64,000 bases of DNA from Vicinamibacteria bacterium (lineage in GTDB: Bacteria; Acidobacteriota; Vicinamibacteria; Marinacidobacterales; Marinacidobacteraceae), in NCBI GenBank assembly GCA_965199715.1, contig OZ241322.1, positions 768,001-832,000 on the forward strand. Direction: 5' to 3'. The notes beneath the pieces are model-generated. The model made no database searches, was not told where the DNA came from, and saw nothing but the letters and a program-made list of their open reading frames with translations. Numbering within the stretch: position 1 is the first letter of the stretch; each line of letters starts with the position of its first letter. The position numbers and the translations under genes are program-made. Shown here in pieces: positions 27,682-36,716 of the stretch.

Positions 27682-27989
27682 TGGTTGGCCCGGATCGCGT
27701 CCCGGACGAACTCCGCGAGGCCGGCGACGCGGTCGTCATGGCGCTTGCGGAAGCGCGGGTAGAACCAGCGGTCGATCCAGCGCCGGCGCTCCTCGGCGAG
27801 GCCGGTCGCTTCGGGGCTTGTCGGTTCGACGCCGCGGCGCAGCGCCTCGGCCAGCCCGGCCTCGATCCGGTCCGCCTCGTCGTGGATCCGGCGCAGTTCG
27901 TCGGGGCCGTAATTTTCGGCCCGCCGCCGGAACTCCCGCCATGCGGCGGCATGGCCCCACCGCGCCTTCGCCTCGCTCTCGATGTTCAT
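27678..27989 (-). pseudogene. TipAS antibiotic-recognition domain protein with internal deletion
   Basis: GGGAGG SD + ATG 27989. EAKARWG, PTSPEA, WIDRWFY and GLAEFVRDAIRAN match TipAS, but the Cys-containing segment between WFY and RF is missing. Confidence 0.7.
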
Positions 27990-28019
27990 GACGGCCTCCC
28001 TCGGGCCGAGCGCTCCAGC

Positions 28020-28965
28020 CCGCGTCAGGCGGCTGCCAATACCGAGCGCGCGCCGTATTCCCAGCACCTGGCCGGGCCACTTGGTGACGTCCGTCAGGGT
28101 CGTCGAGGCGAAAGCCTTCCCTTTCGCATCGATTCCGCCAGGAATGTTGGATTTCCAGTCCACGTCACGACGATGGGGTCCCGGATCGAATCCCTCGTCG
28201 TACCGGGGAATCGCCCTTGACGACCCCATGACCGACGACAAGCTGGTCGCCCTTCTTGACGAAGATCGCATCGCCGGGCTTCACCACTCGGGAAACCTCC
28301 CAACCGGCCAAGACGTTCTGAAAGCCCAGTCCACTACGCCTTTCCAGGTCGTCCCTCGTCTTGCACTCCGTGAGGTCGTCGTTCTGTCCGAAACCGATGC
28401 GCGCGATCCCCTCTCGGCGACACCGATCCCAGTGCTTGGCGCCCTCGCCCGGCGCCATCAGCCAAAATCGAGGCGACTCCGGTGGTTCCGGGGAACCTGG
28501 GCCCATCGCAAGCGCACTTCGCACCTGATCCAGCCGCTTGGAATCCGTCGAAATGTTCTGAAGCAAGATGGGAGAGAACATCTTCGGCGACTTCAACTCC
28601 CGCCCCTCGGGATGATTCGACTGCCACTCAGCATCCCGTACGTGCGCGAACTCGCCCCGCTCGTCCCGATAGCGGTGTCGGGACGTGACGACGCCGTGCC
28701 CCCAAACGGCCGTCAAGCCCTTCTTCATGAACGGGATGTCGCCTTCTCTCACGTGATTGCTGAAGTCAAGGCACATTTCCGCAATCCACGGTCCACGCCC
28801 GGATTCCTCCATCTCCGTCGGCTTCTCGCATTGGGACCAGTCGCCGATCTTGGTCCTTCGGGAGCTCACGGCGATGACCCCTTCTTCCTTGCGGCACGCC
28901 TCCCAGTCCCGGACGCAGCGGTTCCCGGTGAGCCAGTACCGCTTTCCGTCAGCCACGACATTCAC
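28020..28965 (-). pseudogene. Tandem two-copy McrB/Mrr N-terminal-like (EVE/PUA-like) domain gene, frameshifted
   Basis: Two repeats of (Y/F)W...W..C...G.....D....C...GD..F.KKG....GHGVV....RY......H.RD..W. One extra base in the G4 run at 28205-28208 breaks copy 2. A/T-richer than the flanks. Confidence 0.55.
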
Positions 28966-29756
28966 TCCAGTTCATTCAGAAAATCCCCGAGCGTCCACCA
29001 GTTCGAAGGACTCGCTCCGCCCCCCTCGGCGTACACCAGCACCAGGTCCCACGACAGCCCCGCGTCCCCGCCGATCTCCGCGTCCAGGAAGATCGCCTCG
29101 CGCCCGGCGTCCAGCAGCGCGCACCGGCCGAACTGCACCCCCTGGAAGAACAGCGTCTCGGCGCGGTCCGGCTCGCCCCGCAGCGCCGCCTCGACGATGG
29201 GTTCGATCGTGTCCAGGTCTTCGCAGCCGGGCGCGCCCTCGAGTTCGAGCGTGACCTCGGGGCTCTCGAACGTCGCGTCCAGCAGCACGTTCTCGCCGGG
29301 CGCGAAGCGGGCGAAGACGCGGTGGTCCGGGTTGGGCGGGATCGCCGGCAGGCTCAGGTCGATCGGCTGGGAGTCGAGCGTGATGCTCCCGCCGTCCGAG
29401 AGCGCGATCTCGCCGCCGGGCACGCTCACTCCGTCGGCGTCGTGGTCGCCCCGGCGGAGGCGGTAGGCGAACTCCAGCCGCTCGCCCTCGATGGGCCGCA
29501 GTTCCGCGACCTGCCGCGAGAGGCCCAGATCGAACTCCAGCCACGCGGAACCCGCGGCCTCCAACTCGCCGCCGCGGGCGAGCGTGACCCCGAACACGAG
29601 CTCCTCGTCCACAAGGTACGTGCTTCCCCGTTGCGGCGCGGAAAGGATCTCGATCCGGTCCACCACCGGGTCCGGCGCGAACGGATCGGGCAGCGACGGG
29701 CCGACGCCGTTCTCGCAGCCGACGAGCAGCAGGAGTCCGGCGAACAGCCTCCTCAT
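28962..29756 (-). CDS. Lipoprotein with an Ig-like/adhesin-type domain
   Basis: Lipobox LVGC; beta-rich domain with LEFAYRLRRGDHDADGVSV...GGSI, followed by a small Cys-containing C-terminal domain. Confidence 0.65.
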   Translation of the reverse strand: MRRLFAGLLLLVGCENGVGPSLPDPFAPDPVVDRIEILSAPQRGSTYLVDEELVFGVTLARGGELEAAGSAWLEFDLGLSRQVAELRPIEGERLEFAYRLRRGDHDADGVSVPGGEIALSDGGSITLDSQPIDLSLPAIPPNPDHRVFARFAPGENVLLDATFESPEVTLELEGAPGCEDLDTIEPIVEAALRGEPDRAETLFFQGVQFGRCALLDAGREAIFLDAEIGGDAGLSWDLVLVYAEGGGASPSNWWTLGDFLNELE

Positions 29757-31240
29757 CGGCGCGCCCACGCCGCCGCCCGGTCGATCTCCTCCGCGCCGCG
29801 CGCTTCCTTCGGCGTGAGCAGGCTGGCGACGACCGCCGCCGCGAACCCGGCCCCGAACCCCACGACCATCTCGTACAGCTCGAAGAACTGCGGCTTGCCG
29901 TAGAGGTACCACAGCACCGAGGTCCCGAACCCGACGATCATCCCCGCCGCCGCGCCGGCGAGCGTCATCCGCTTCCAGAACACGCCGAGGATGGCCACCG
30001 GCGCGAACGCGCAGCCAAGGCCGGACCACGAGAACAGCACGAAGAAGAACACCACGCGGACCTCGGGCAGCGCGACCGCGACGCCGACGATCCCGAGCCC
30101 GAACGTCACCCACTTGCCGACGCGGACCACCCGCGCCTCGTCGGCGACGAAGCGGGCGAGCCGGCCCCCGCCCTCGCCGACGAGCTTCTGGAGCACGTCC
30201 CGCACCGCTGCGGACGAAGCGAGCAGCAGCACCGAGTCGGCGGTGGACATGATCGCCGCCAGCACCGCGACGAGGAACAGCCCGGTCACCAACGGCGGCG
30301 TCAGCTCGGACGCGAGGAACGGCAGGATTCCCTCCGGGTCGGCGATCCCCGGATAGAGCACCCGGCCCGCCATCCCGGTCAGGACCGCGCCGAGGTCGAA
30401 CAGGATGATCACGATCGTGGCCATGAGACCGCCGTCGGAGAGCGTCCGCCGGTTCTTCGAGGCCATGAAGCGGACGAGAAGCTGCGGCGCCCCCAGAAAC
30501 GCGAGCCCGACGCCGAGATGGCTCGCCACGTTGGCGATCCCCTGCCCCGACCAGCCGTCGGACCCGAGCGGGCGCAGCAGGCCCGGATCCGCGGACGCGA
30601 GCGCCGAAGCGAGCGCGCCGAGACCGCCGATCTCGGAGATCGCGACGAGCGGCAGCGCGACGAGCGCGGCGGCCATGAGCGTGGCCTGCATCAGGTCGCT
30701 CCACGCCACCGCCTTGAGTCCGCCGAGGCTCGTGTAGAAGAGGATGACCACGGCGCCGATGAGCACGCCCGCCTCGTAGGAGATCCCGGTGAACGACTCG
30801 AAGGTCTTGCCCGAGGCCGTGAGCTGGGCGGCCATGTACGTGCCCGCCATCACGAGGATCACGACCGACCCGATCATCCGCAGGATGCGGCGGCGGTCGG
30901 CGAACCGCTCCTCCATCCAGTCGGCCACGGTGATCGCCCGGTAGCGGTCGGCGAGCGCCTTGAACCGGGGGCCGACCACCATCCACGCGATCGCGGTGGC
31001 CAGCACCTCGCCGAACACGATCCACAGCGCGTTCACCCCCAGCACGAACCCCATGCCGGTGAGCCCGAGCAGCAGCCATGCGCTCTCGCCGGTGCTGGCC
31101 GCCGAGAACCCGACGACCGCCGCCGGCAGCTTCCGTCCGGCGAGGTAGTAGCCGGCGAGGTCCCCGGTGCTGCGCGAGCTCCAGATCGCGAGGCCGAACA
31201 GGATCGCGAGATACGTCCCGAGGACGATCCAGATCTCCAC
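29753..31240 (-). CDS. Sodium:solute (proline-like) symporter, SSS family
   Basis: YYLAGRKL, ESAWLLLGL, YTSLGGLKAVAWSD and AAIMSTADS motifs; about 13 TM segments. Confidence 0.92.
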   Translation of the reverse strand: MEIWIVLGTYLAILFGLAIWSSRSTGDLAGYYLAGRKLPAAVVGFSAASTGESAWLLLGLTGMGFVLGVNALWIVFGEVLATAIAWMVVGPRFKALADRYRAITVADWMEERFADRRRILRMIGSVVILVMAGTYMAAQLTASGKTFESFTGISYEAGVLIGAVVILFYTSLGGLKAVAWSDLMQATLMAAALVALPLVAISEIGGLGALASALASADPGLLRPLGSDGWSGQGIANVASHLGVGLAFLGAPQLLVRFMASKNRRTLSDGGLMATIVIILFDLGAVLTGMAGRVLYPGIADPEGILPFLASELTPPLVTGLFLVAVLAAIMSTADSVLLLASSAAVRDVLQKLVGEGGGRLARFVADEARVVRVGKWVTFGLGIVGVAVALPEVRVVFFFVLFSWSGLGCAFAPVAILGVFWKRMTLAGAAAGMIVGFGTSVLWYLYGKPQFFELYEMVVGFGAGFAAAVVASLLTPKEARGAEEIDRAAAWARR

Positions 31241-31241
31241 G

Positions 31242-31346
31242 TCAGCCGCCCCGGCGGACGCGCCACGCGTTCCAGGCGGCGAGCGTCAGCCCGGGGATCA
31301 CGGCGACCGCCGCGAGGATCCAGGCGCTCGCCGGGAAGCCGCTCAC
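31242..31346 (-). CDS. 34-aa single-TM microprotein preceding the SSS symporter
   Basis: GTG 31346 overlaps the upstream stop: MSGFPASAWILAAVAVIPGLTLAAWNAWRVRRGG. Its stop is 1 nt from the symporter start. Confidence 0.6.
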   Translation of the reverse strand: MSGFPASAWILAAVAVIPGLTLAAWNAWRVRRGG

Positions 31347-34300
31347 CGACCCGGCTCGCGCCGGATCGGGCGGTCGTCGTCGCGGTACATCGTCTCGTCG
31401 AGCCACGGATGGCCGCCATAGGGACGCGCCTCCGGCCAGATCTCGTCGAGGGTGTCCCCGTCGTACACCCGCCCGTCCTTGACGACGTACCGGACGTCCG
31501 CGGTGGCGCGGATGTCCTCGAGCGGGTTCCGGTTCAGCACCACGAGATCCGCCAGCTTGCCGGCCTCGACGGTGCCCGTCTCGTCGAGCAGCCCGAGGAA
31601 CAGCGCCCCCTGCCGGGTCGCGAGGTCGAGCGCTCCCTCCGCCCCCATCGCCGCCTCGGCCATCCAGATCTCCCAGTGCGAGCCGATCCCGTGGTGCTGC
31701 CCGTGCGCTCCGATCGCGCCCGAACCGCCCTCGGCGACGACGTCCTGGAGCCCCTGCGCCAGCAACGGGAAGCTGTAGTCGGTCTCGGGACGCAGCGGAC
31801 GGCGCCGGGTGTGCGGCAGCAGCATCCGCCAAGGCAGCCAGCGCCGCTGCTTCGGGTCGCGCCAGTTCGCCGACTCCTGCCAGAAGTACTCCTCGTTCCA
31901 GACCGACGGCCCGCCCACGACGAAGGTGATCGAATAGACCGTGCTCGTCCGCCCGAAGAAACGCGCCGCGTCCGAATAGAGCGGGACGTAGCTGAGCGGG
32001 TGCTCCCAGCCGGTCTGGCCGTCGAGGATCAGGCCGACGTTGTACACGAGGCTGCCGCCCTCGCCGGTGAGCATCAGGTTCCGCTCGCGCGCGATCGCGG
32101 CGATCCACTGCCGCTGGTCGCGCCTCGGCTGCATGTACGACTTGATCGCGGGCGCGCCCCACGACGTGAGCCGCTCCACGTTGTCACGGGCGTCCTCGAA
32201 GCTGCGGACGTCGTTCTGGCGCGAGCCGTCGCCGTTGTACATCGGGTCGCCGGTGCTGAAGGTGCGCGGCCCCACCATCTCGCCGGCCTCGATCAGCTCG
32301 GCCGCCGAAAACACGTTCTGGGACCACTGCGAGTTGTCGAGCGTGGTGGTCATCCCGTAGGCGAGATAGACCGCCGACTCCCAGTTCCGCCGCGGGATCA
32401 CGCCGGTGTGGTCCCGGTGGTGGTGGGCGTGCATGTCGATGAGGCCGGGGATCACGGTGCGCCCCGCCAGATCGACGACGCGGTCGCCGTCCCCGGCCTC
32501 GCAGGCGCCCACGCAGGCGATCCAGCCGTCCTCGATCCGGACCGCGCCGTTCTCGATCGTCCCCTCGGGTCCGAGGGTCACGATGCGGCCTCCGGTCAGG
32601 AGCAGGCCGCCGTTCGCCCGATGCCGCGGCAGCCGCAGGTCCACCTCGTAGCGCGTGGTCTCGCCGGAGTCGGGGTCGTAGGCGCTGATGCGGGGCCCGC
32701 TCCCGAAATGGAGGCGGCCGTCGGCGCTCCAGCGCGGGAACATTCCGCCGTCCCGCGACAGCGTCCGCACCGGAAGCGACGGGTTCCGGCGGTCCACGTG
32801 GGGCGGCTCGGCGCCGGCTCCCGGCCACGGCAGCGCGACGAGATAGACGTTGTCCCCCTCGGAGAAGGCCGCCCAGGCGCCGTCGGGCGAGGGCGCGACC
32901 TCGTCGGCGAACGGGAACGTCAGATGGATGCGGCGGTCGGAGCCGTCCGCCCGCACCGACACGAGGCGCGTCACGTCCTGCCGCCGGCCGTCGCGCATCC
33001 AGGAGTCCTGCTCGGGGAAGAACAGGCGCCCCTCGGGTCCGAAGGAAGGCGCGACGATCTGTCGGCGGGGCATCAGCGGGCGCCCCGCGTTGAAGGGCCG
33101 CAGCGTCCGGGTCAGGAACGTCGCCTCGCCGCCGTCCGCCGGAATCCGCACGAGGTCGTAGTGGAGGTTCGCAGACCACGAGCGGCCCCGGGCCGGCGCG
33201 CCCTCGCCCCGAGCCGCGACGATCCCCGTCCCGTCGGGGGTCCACGCCGGGTGGAGGTACGGAGCCGCCTCGACGGAGAGCCGGGTCGGCGCGCCGCCTT
33301 CGGCCGGAACCCGCATCAGGGCCCCGACCGCGTCGTCCCACGACGCATAGGCGATCCACGCGCCGTCGGGGGAGAACGCCGGCGAGAGTTCGAAGGCGTC
33401 GTCGCCCGAGACCAGCCGCTCGGGAACGCCGTCCGGCAGGGTCATCCGGTACAGGCGGCCGGCGGCGTGGAACACGGCGGTCGTCCCGTCGGGGGAGATC
33501 GTCGGCCAGCGGATCATGCGCGCCCGGAACTCGGGCTCGCGGACGCTCAGTTCGGCCCGCGCCTGCTCCGAGACCGTGCGCCGCACCTCGGCGGTGAACG
33601 GGATCTCGGCGGTCTCGCCGGTCTCGACGTCCACCCGGACGATCCCGCCGCCCCGGGTGAGGAAGACCGCGCGGCTGTCGGGCGCCCACGAATAGCCGGG
33701 GAGCACGCGCTCCACCTTCATCCCCTCGGCGACGTCGGTCTCGATCGGGTCGGCGAGAAGCCGCTCGGCCCCGGTCGCGAGATCGCGTAGGAAGAGCGCG
33801 GTGCGCGGGCCGAAGCGATGCCCCTTGAACGAGATCGTCCCGCCCGGGATGCGCCGGGCGAAGGCGAGGAAGCGCCCGTCCGGAGACGGCTCGGGCGCGA
33901 TCGCGCCCCCGCTGGACCCCTGGTACTGCTGCTGGGCCTCTCCGGCGGTGACGTCCTCAGTCATGCCGGTGCGGAGATCGAACCGCTGGATCTGCATGCC
34001 GCCCCGGATCGGATCCCGCTCCGACGTGGGCGAGTAGTGGAAATAGAGCCCGGTCCCGTCTGGGTCGGGCGCCGGCCACGAGGCGCGGGCGCGGTCCTCG
34101 CCGAGAAGGGGAACCCCGCTGCCGCCTTCGGGATGGAAGAGGGTCAGGCCCGAGCGCCGGGGCGCGGAGAGCGTGAAGTGGCGGACGACGATCCCCTTTC
34201 CGTCGGGAAGCCACGCCGGAGTCGCCACCCGCGAGTTCCCGTCCTCGTGGACGGGCCTTGGGTCGCCGCCGTCGGCGTCCATCAGCCACAGGTTCGCCTG

Positions 34301-34627
34301 GCCGCCCCGGTCCGAGACGAAGGCGATCGTGGTTCCGTCGGGCGACCAGCGCGGGTGGTAGTTCACCGCCACGCCGCTGTCCTGCGTGAGGCACTCGGCG
34401 CGGCCGCCGGTCGCGGGAACCCGGTAGACGTGGCCGAGCAGGTCGAACACGAGGTTCCGCCCGTCGGGAGAGACGTCGAGGGACATCCACGTCCCCTCGG
34501 AGGTCTCGAAGGCGACCTCGTACGCGTCCCCGCGAGCGAGGGTCGGATCCCAGCCGGAGTCGTCGGTCAGCCCGCCCTGCGCCAGCAGGCCGAGCGCGAT
34601 GGTCAGTGCGAAGCTCATGGGCGTCAC
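31343..34627 (-). CDS. Secreted amidohydrolase with N-terminal TolB/PD40 beta-propellers
   Basis: EGTWMSLDVSPDG, repeated P.(W/F)SPDG, then PGLIDMHAH, IKSY, GAHGQ and GKLADLVVL motifs. Confidence 0.9.
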   Translation of the reverse strand: MTPMSFALTIALGLLAQGGLTDDSGWDPTLARGDAYEVAFETSEGTWMSLDVSPDGRNLVFDLLGHVYRVPATGGRAECLTQDSGVAVNYHPRWSPDGTTIAFVSDRGGQANLWLMDADGGDPRPVHEDGNSRVATPAWLPDGKGIVVRHFTLSAPRRSGLTLFHPEGGSGVPLLGEDRARASWPAPDPDGTGLYFHYSPTSERDPIRGGMQIQRFDLRTGMTEDVTAGEAQQQYQGSSGGAIAPEPSPDGRFLAFARRIPGGTISFKGHRFGPRTALFLRDLATGAERLLADPIETDVAEGMKVERVLPGYSWAPDSRAVFLTRGGGIVRVDVETGETAEIPFTAEVRRTVSEQARAELSVREPEFRARMIRWPTISPDGTTAVFHAAGRLYRMTLPDGVPERLVSGDDAFELSPAFSPDGAWIAYASWDDAVGALMRVPAEGGAPTRLSVEAAPYLHPAWTPDGTGIVAARGEGAPARGRSWSANLHYDLVRIPADGGEATFLTRTLRPFNAGRPLMPRRQIVAPSFGPEGRLFFPEQDSWMRDGRRQDVTRLVSVRADGSDRRIHLTFPFADEVAPSPDGAWAAFSEGDNVYLVALPWPGAGAEPPHVDRRNPSLPVRTLSRDGGMFPRWSADGRLHFGSGPRISAYDPDSGETTRYEVDLRLPRHRANGGLLLTGGRIVTLGPEGTIENGAVRIEDGWIACVGACEAGDGDRVVDLAGRTVIPGLIDMHAHHHRDHTGVIPRRNWESAVYLAYGMTTTLDNSQWSQNVFSAAELIEAGEMVGPRTFSTGDPMYNGDGSRQNDVRSFEDARDNVERLTSWGAPAIKSYMQPRRDQRQWIAAIARERNLMLTGEGGSLVYNVGLILDGQTGWEHPLSYVPLYSDAARFFGRTSTVYSITFVVGGPSVWNEEYFWQESANWRDPKQRRWLPWRMLLPHTRRRPLRPETDYSFPLLAQGLQDVVAEGGSGAIGAHGQHHGIGSHWEIWMAEAAMGAEGALDLATRQGALFLGLLDETGTVEAGKLADLVVLNRNPLEDIRATADVRYVVKDGRVYDGDTLDEIWPEARPYGGHPWLDETMYRDDDRPIRREPGR

Positions 34628-34650
34628 CGCGCCGCATAATACCCGCGCCC

Positions 34651-35592
34651 ATGCCCGCTCCCTTCATGGTGGAGCCGCCCGGATGGGCGGAAGCGGAGGC
34701 CGCGGCGCGCCGGCTCCGCGCGGTCTTTCCGCCGAGTCCCCTGGTCCCGGCGGACGGCCTGCTGCTGAAGTTGGAGACCCTGCTGCCGACCGGCTCGTTC
34801 AAGGTCCGGGGGATCCTCGACGCGGCGTCGCGGCTTTCCGACGAGGCGGTCGCGGCGGGGCTGCTGACCGTCTCCGCCGGCAACACGGCGCTCGCGCTTG
34901 CCTGGGCGGGACGCAGGCGGGGCGTTCCGGTCCGGTCGCTGCTCCCGGAGACGGCGCCGCGCGCGAAGGTGGAAGGGTTTCGGGCGGCGGGCGGCGAGCC
35001 GCGCCTCGTACCCGTTCCCGAGCTGTTCCGTTTCCTGAAGGAGCGCCTTTGGGAAGCGGAGCCCGAGGCGTTCGTCCACCCGTGGATCGAGCCCGCGGTC
35101 CACCGGGGGCACGCGAGCCTCGCCGTGGAGCTGCTGGAGGCCGCGCCGGACCTCGAGTCGGTGTTCATTCCGGTGGGCGGCGGCGGCCTCCTGACCGGGG
35201 TCGGCGGGGCGCTGAAGGACCGCCGCCCCGACATCCGGATCTACGCGGTCGAGCCCGCCGGATGCTGCGCGCTCCATGCGAGCCTCGAGGCCGGGCTGGC
35301 GGTGGCCGCGCCCTGCCGGACGATCTGCGACGGGGCCGCCGTTCCTTACCTCGCGGCCGAGCTCTTCCCCGCGCTTCGGCGGCTCGTGGATCGCACCGTG
35401 CTCGTTCCCGACAAGGACACGCTCCGGGCCTCGCGGCGGCTCCTGCTCGAAACGAAGATCGTGACCGAGCCGTCGGGCGCGCTCGCGGTCGCGGGAGCCC
35501 GGTCGGTTCCGGCGGCGGAGCGCGGGCGGAGCGCCGCGATCGTGACGGGAGCGAGCGTCGGCCCCGACGGAATCCGCAGGCTCCTCCCCTAG
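34651..35592 (+). CDS. Fold-type II PLP enzyme, threonine/serine dehydratase-racemase family
   Basis: KLE..LPTGSFKVRG, SAGN, PVGGGGL and EPSGA motifs. Confidence 0.87.
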   Translation: MPAPFMVEPPGWAEAEAAARRLRAVFPPSPLVPADGLLLKLETLLPTGSFKVRGILDAASRLSDEAVAAGLLTVSAGNTALALAWAGRRRGVPVRSLLPETAPRAKVEGFRAAGGEPRLVPVPELFRFLKERLWEAEPEAFVHPWIEPAVHRGHASLAVELLEAAPDLESVFIPVGGGGLLTGVGGALKDRRPDIRIYAVEPAGCCALHASLEAGLAVAAPCRTICDGAAVPYLAAELFPALRRLVDRTVLVPDKDTLRASRRLLLETKIVTEPSGALAVAGARSVPAAERGRSAAIVTGASVGPDGIRRLLP

Positions 35593-35604
35593 ACTCCCCA
35601 CTCC

Positions 35605-36405
35605 ATGAGCCTGCTCGGCGCCCTCATCGGCGGCACGCTGGGGTTCACGCTGGGCGGCCCGCTCGGAGCGCTTCTGGGCGCGTCGCTCGGGTCTTCGCTC
35701 GGGAATGCGGCGCAGGCGCAGGCCCGGGCCCAGCCGCGGCGGGGCCGCGGGGCGCCGCCGCGGCAGGATCCGAACGAGGTCCGCCGGGTCACCTTCTTCG
35801 TGGCCACGTTCGGCGTGATGGGCCACATCGCGAAGGCCGACGGGCGCGTGAGCGAGGAAGAGGCGGAGCTCGCCCGCGCCGTGATGCGCGGCCTCGGTCT
35901 CGACGCCGAGGACCGCCGGCTCGCCAACGACCTCTTCAACCAGGGGAAGTCGCCGAACTTCGACCTGAACGCCGCGCTGCGGCAGTTCAAGCGGACCATC
36001 GGACAGCGGCGGAACCTCGCCCGCGCGTTCATGGAGATCCAGTTGAAGGCGGCGTGGGCGGACGGCCGGGTGCATCCGGCGGAGCGGCGCATCCTCGACC
36101 ACGTCGCCGACTACCTGGGCTTCTCGCGGTCCGAGGTGGCGCAGATGGAGCGGCTCGCCGCGGCGGCGTTCCAGCCCGCCGGCCCGTCGCCCGAGGAGAA
36201 GCTCGCGGGCGCCTACGACGCGCTCGGGGTCGGCAGGGACGCGAGCGACTCCGAGCTGCGCGACGCCTACCGGCGGTTGATGCGCCAGCACCACCCCGAC
36301 CGGCTCGCGGCGCAGGGGCTCCCCGAGGCGATGAAGGAGGAGGCGACGCGGCGAACGCAGGAAATCCAGGAGGCGTGGAGAATCGTCCGCGACGCGAGGA
36401 AGTGA
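35605..36405 (+). CDS. djlA: Co-chaperone DjlA (TM + TerB-like + J domain)
   Basis: Gly-rich N-terminal TM, GHIAKADGRVSEEE, ADG and HHPDRLAAQGLPE motifs. Confidence 0.9.
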   Translation: MSLLGALIGGTLGFTLGGPLGALLGASLGSSLGNAAQAQARAQPRRGRGAPPRQDPNEVRRVTFFVATFGVMGHIAKADGRVSEEEAELARAVMRGLGLDAEDRRLANDLFNQGKSPNFDLNAALRQFKRTIGQRRNLARAFMEIQLKAAWADGRVHPAERRILDHVADYLGFSRSEVAQMERLAAAAFQPAGPSPEEKLAGAYDALGVGRDASDSELRDAYRRLMRQHHPDRLAAQGLPEAMKEEATRRTQEIQEAWRIVRDARK

Positions 36406-36716
36406 TCGCCAAGGTGCTCGCCGGCCCGCTCGGCGGAGCGTTGATCGGCTTGGTGCGTCAAGCGGCGGGCGCAGTCAAGGAGGGGAAGGCGGCCCCGTCT
36501 CCCGACCGGCAGGTCGGGGCGGCTAGCGCCGCGCTCGGACCGAAACCCGGCGCGGGGCTGCCGAGAGTGCGCATCGCGCACTCCCGCCTCCGTCGCCGAC
36601 ACGACCCCGACCGACTCGCCGCGCAGGGACTCCCGGAAGAGATGCGGCCCGAAGCGAAACGGAAGGCCCAGGACGTCAAGACGGCCCACTGGACGATCCG
36701 GGGCAGGCCGAGCTGG
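36402..36716 (+). pseudogene. Degenerate mini-DjlA paralog (TM + J domain, HPD changed to DPD, no own stop)
   Basis: GTG overlaps the djlA stop: VIAKVLAGPLGGALIG...RHDPDRLAAQGLPEEMRPEAKRKAQDV. The TerB domain is absent and the frame runs antisense through the EamA gene. Confidence 0.65.

Noticed and set aside
27678-28271. Apparent in-frame fusion of the McrB-N-like repeat to TipAS
   Set aside because: TipAS has its own GGGAGG SD and ATG, and both parts are decayed. Loss of a stop codon explains the read-through better than a functional fusion.
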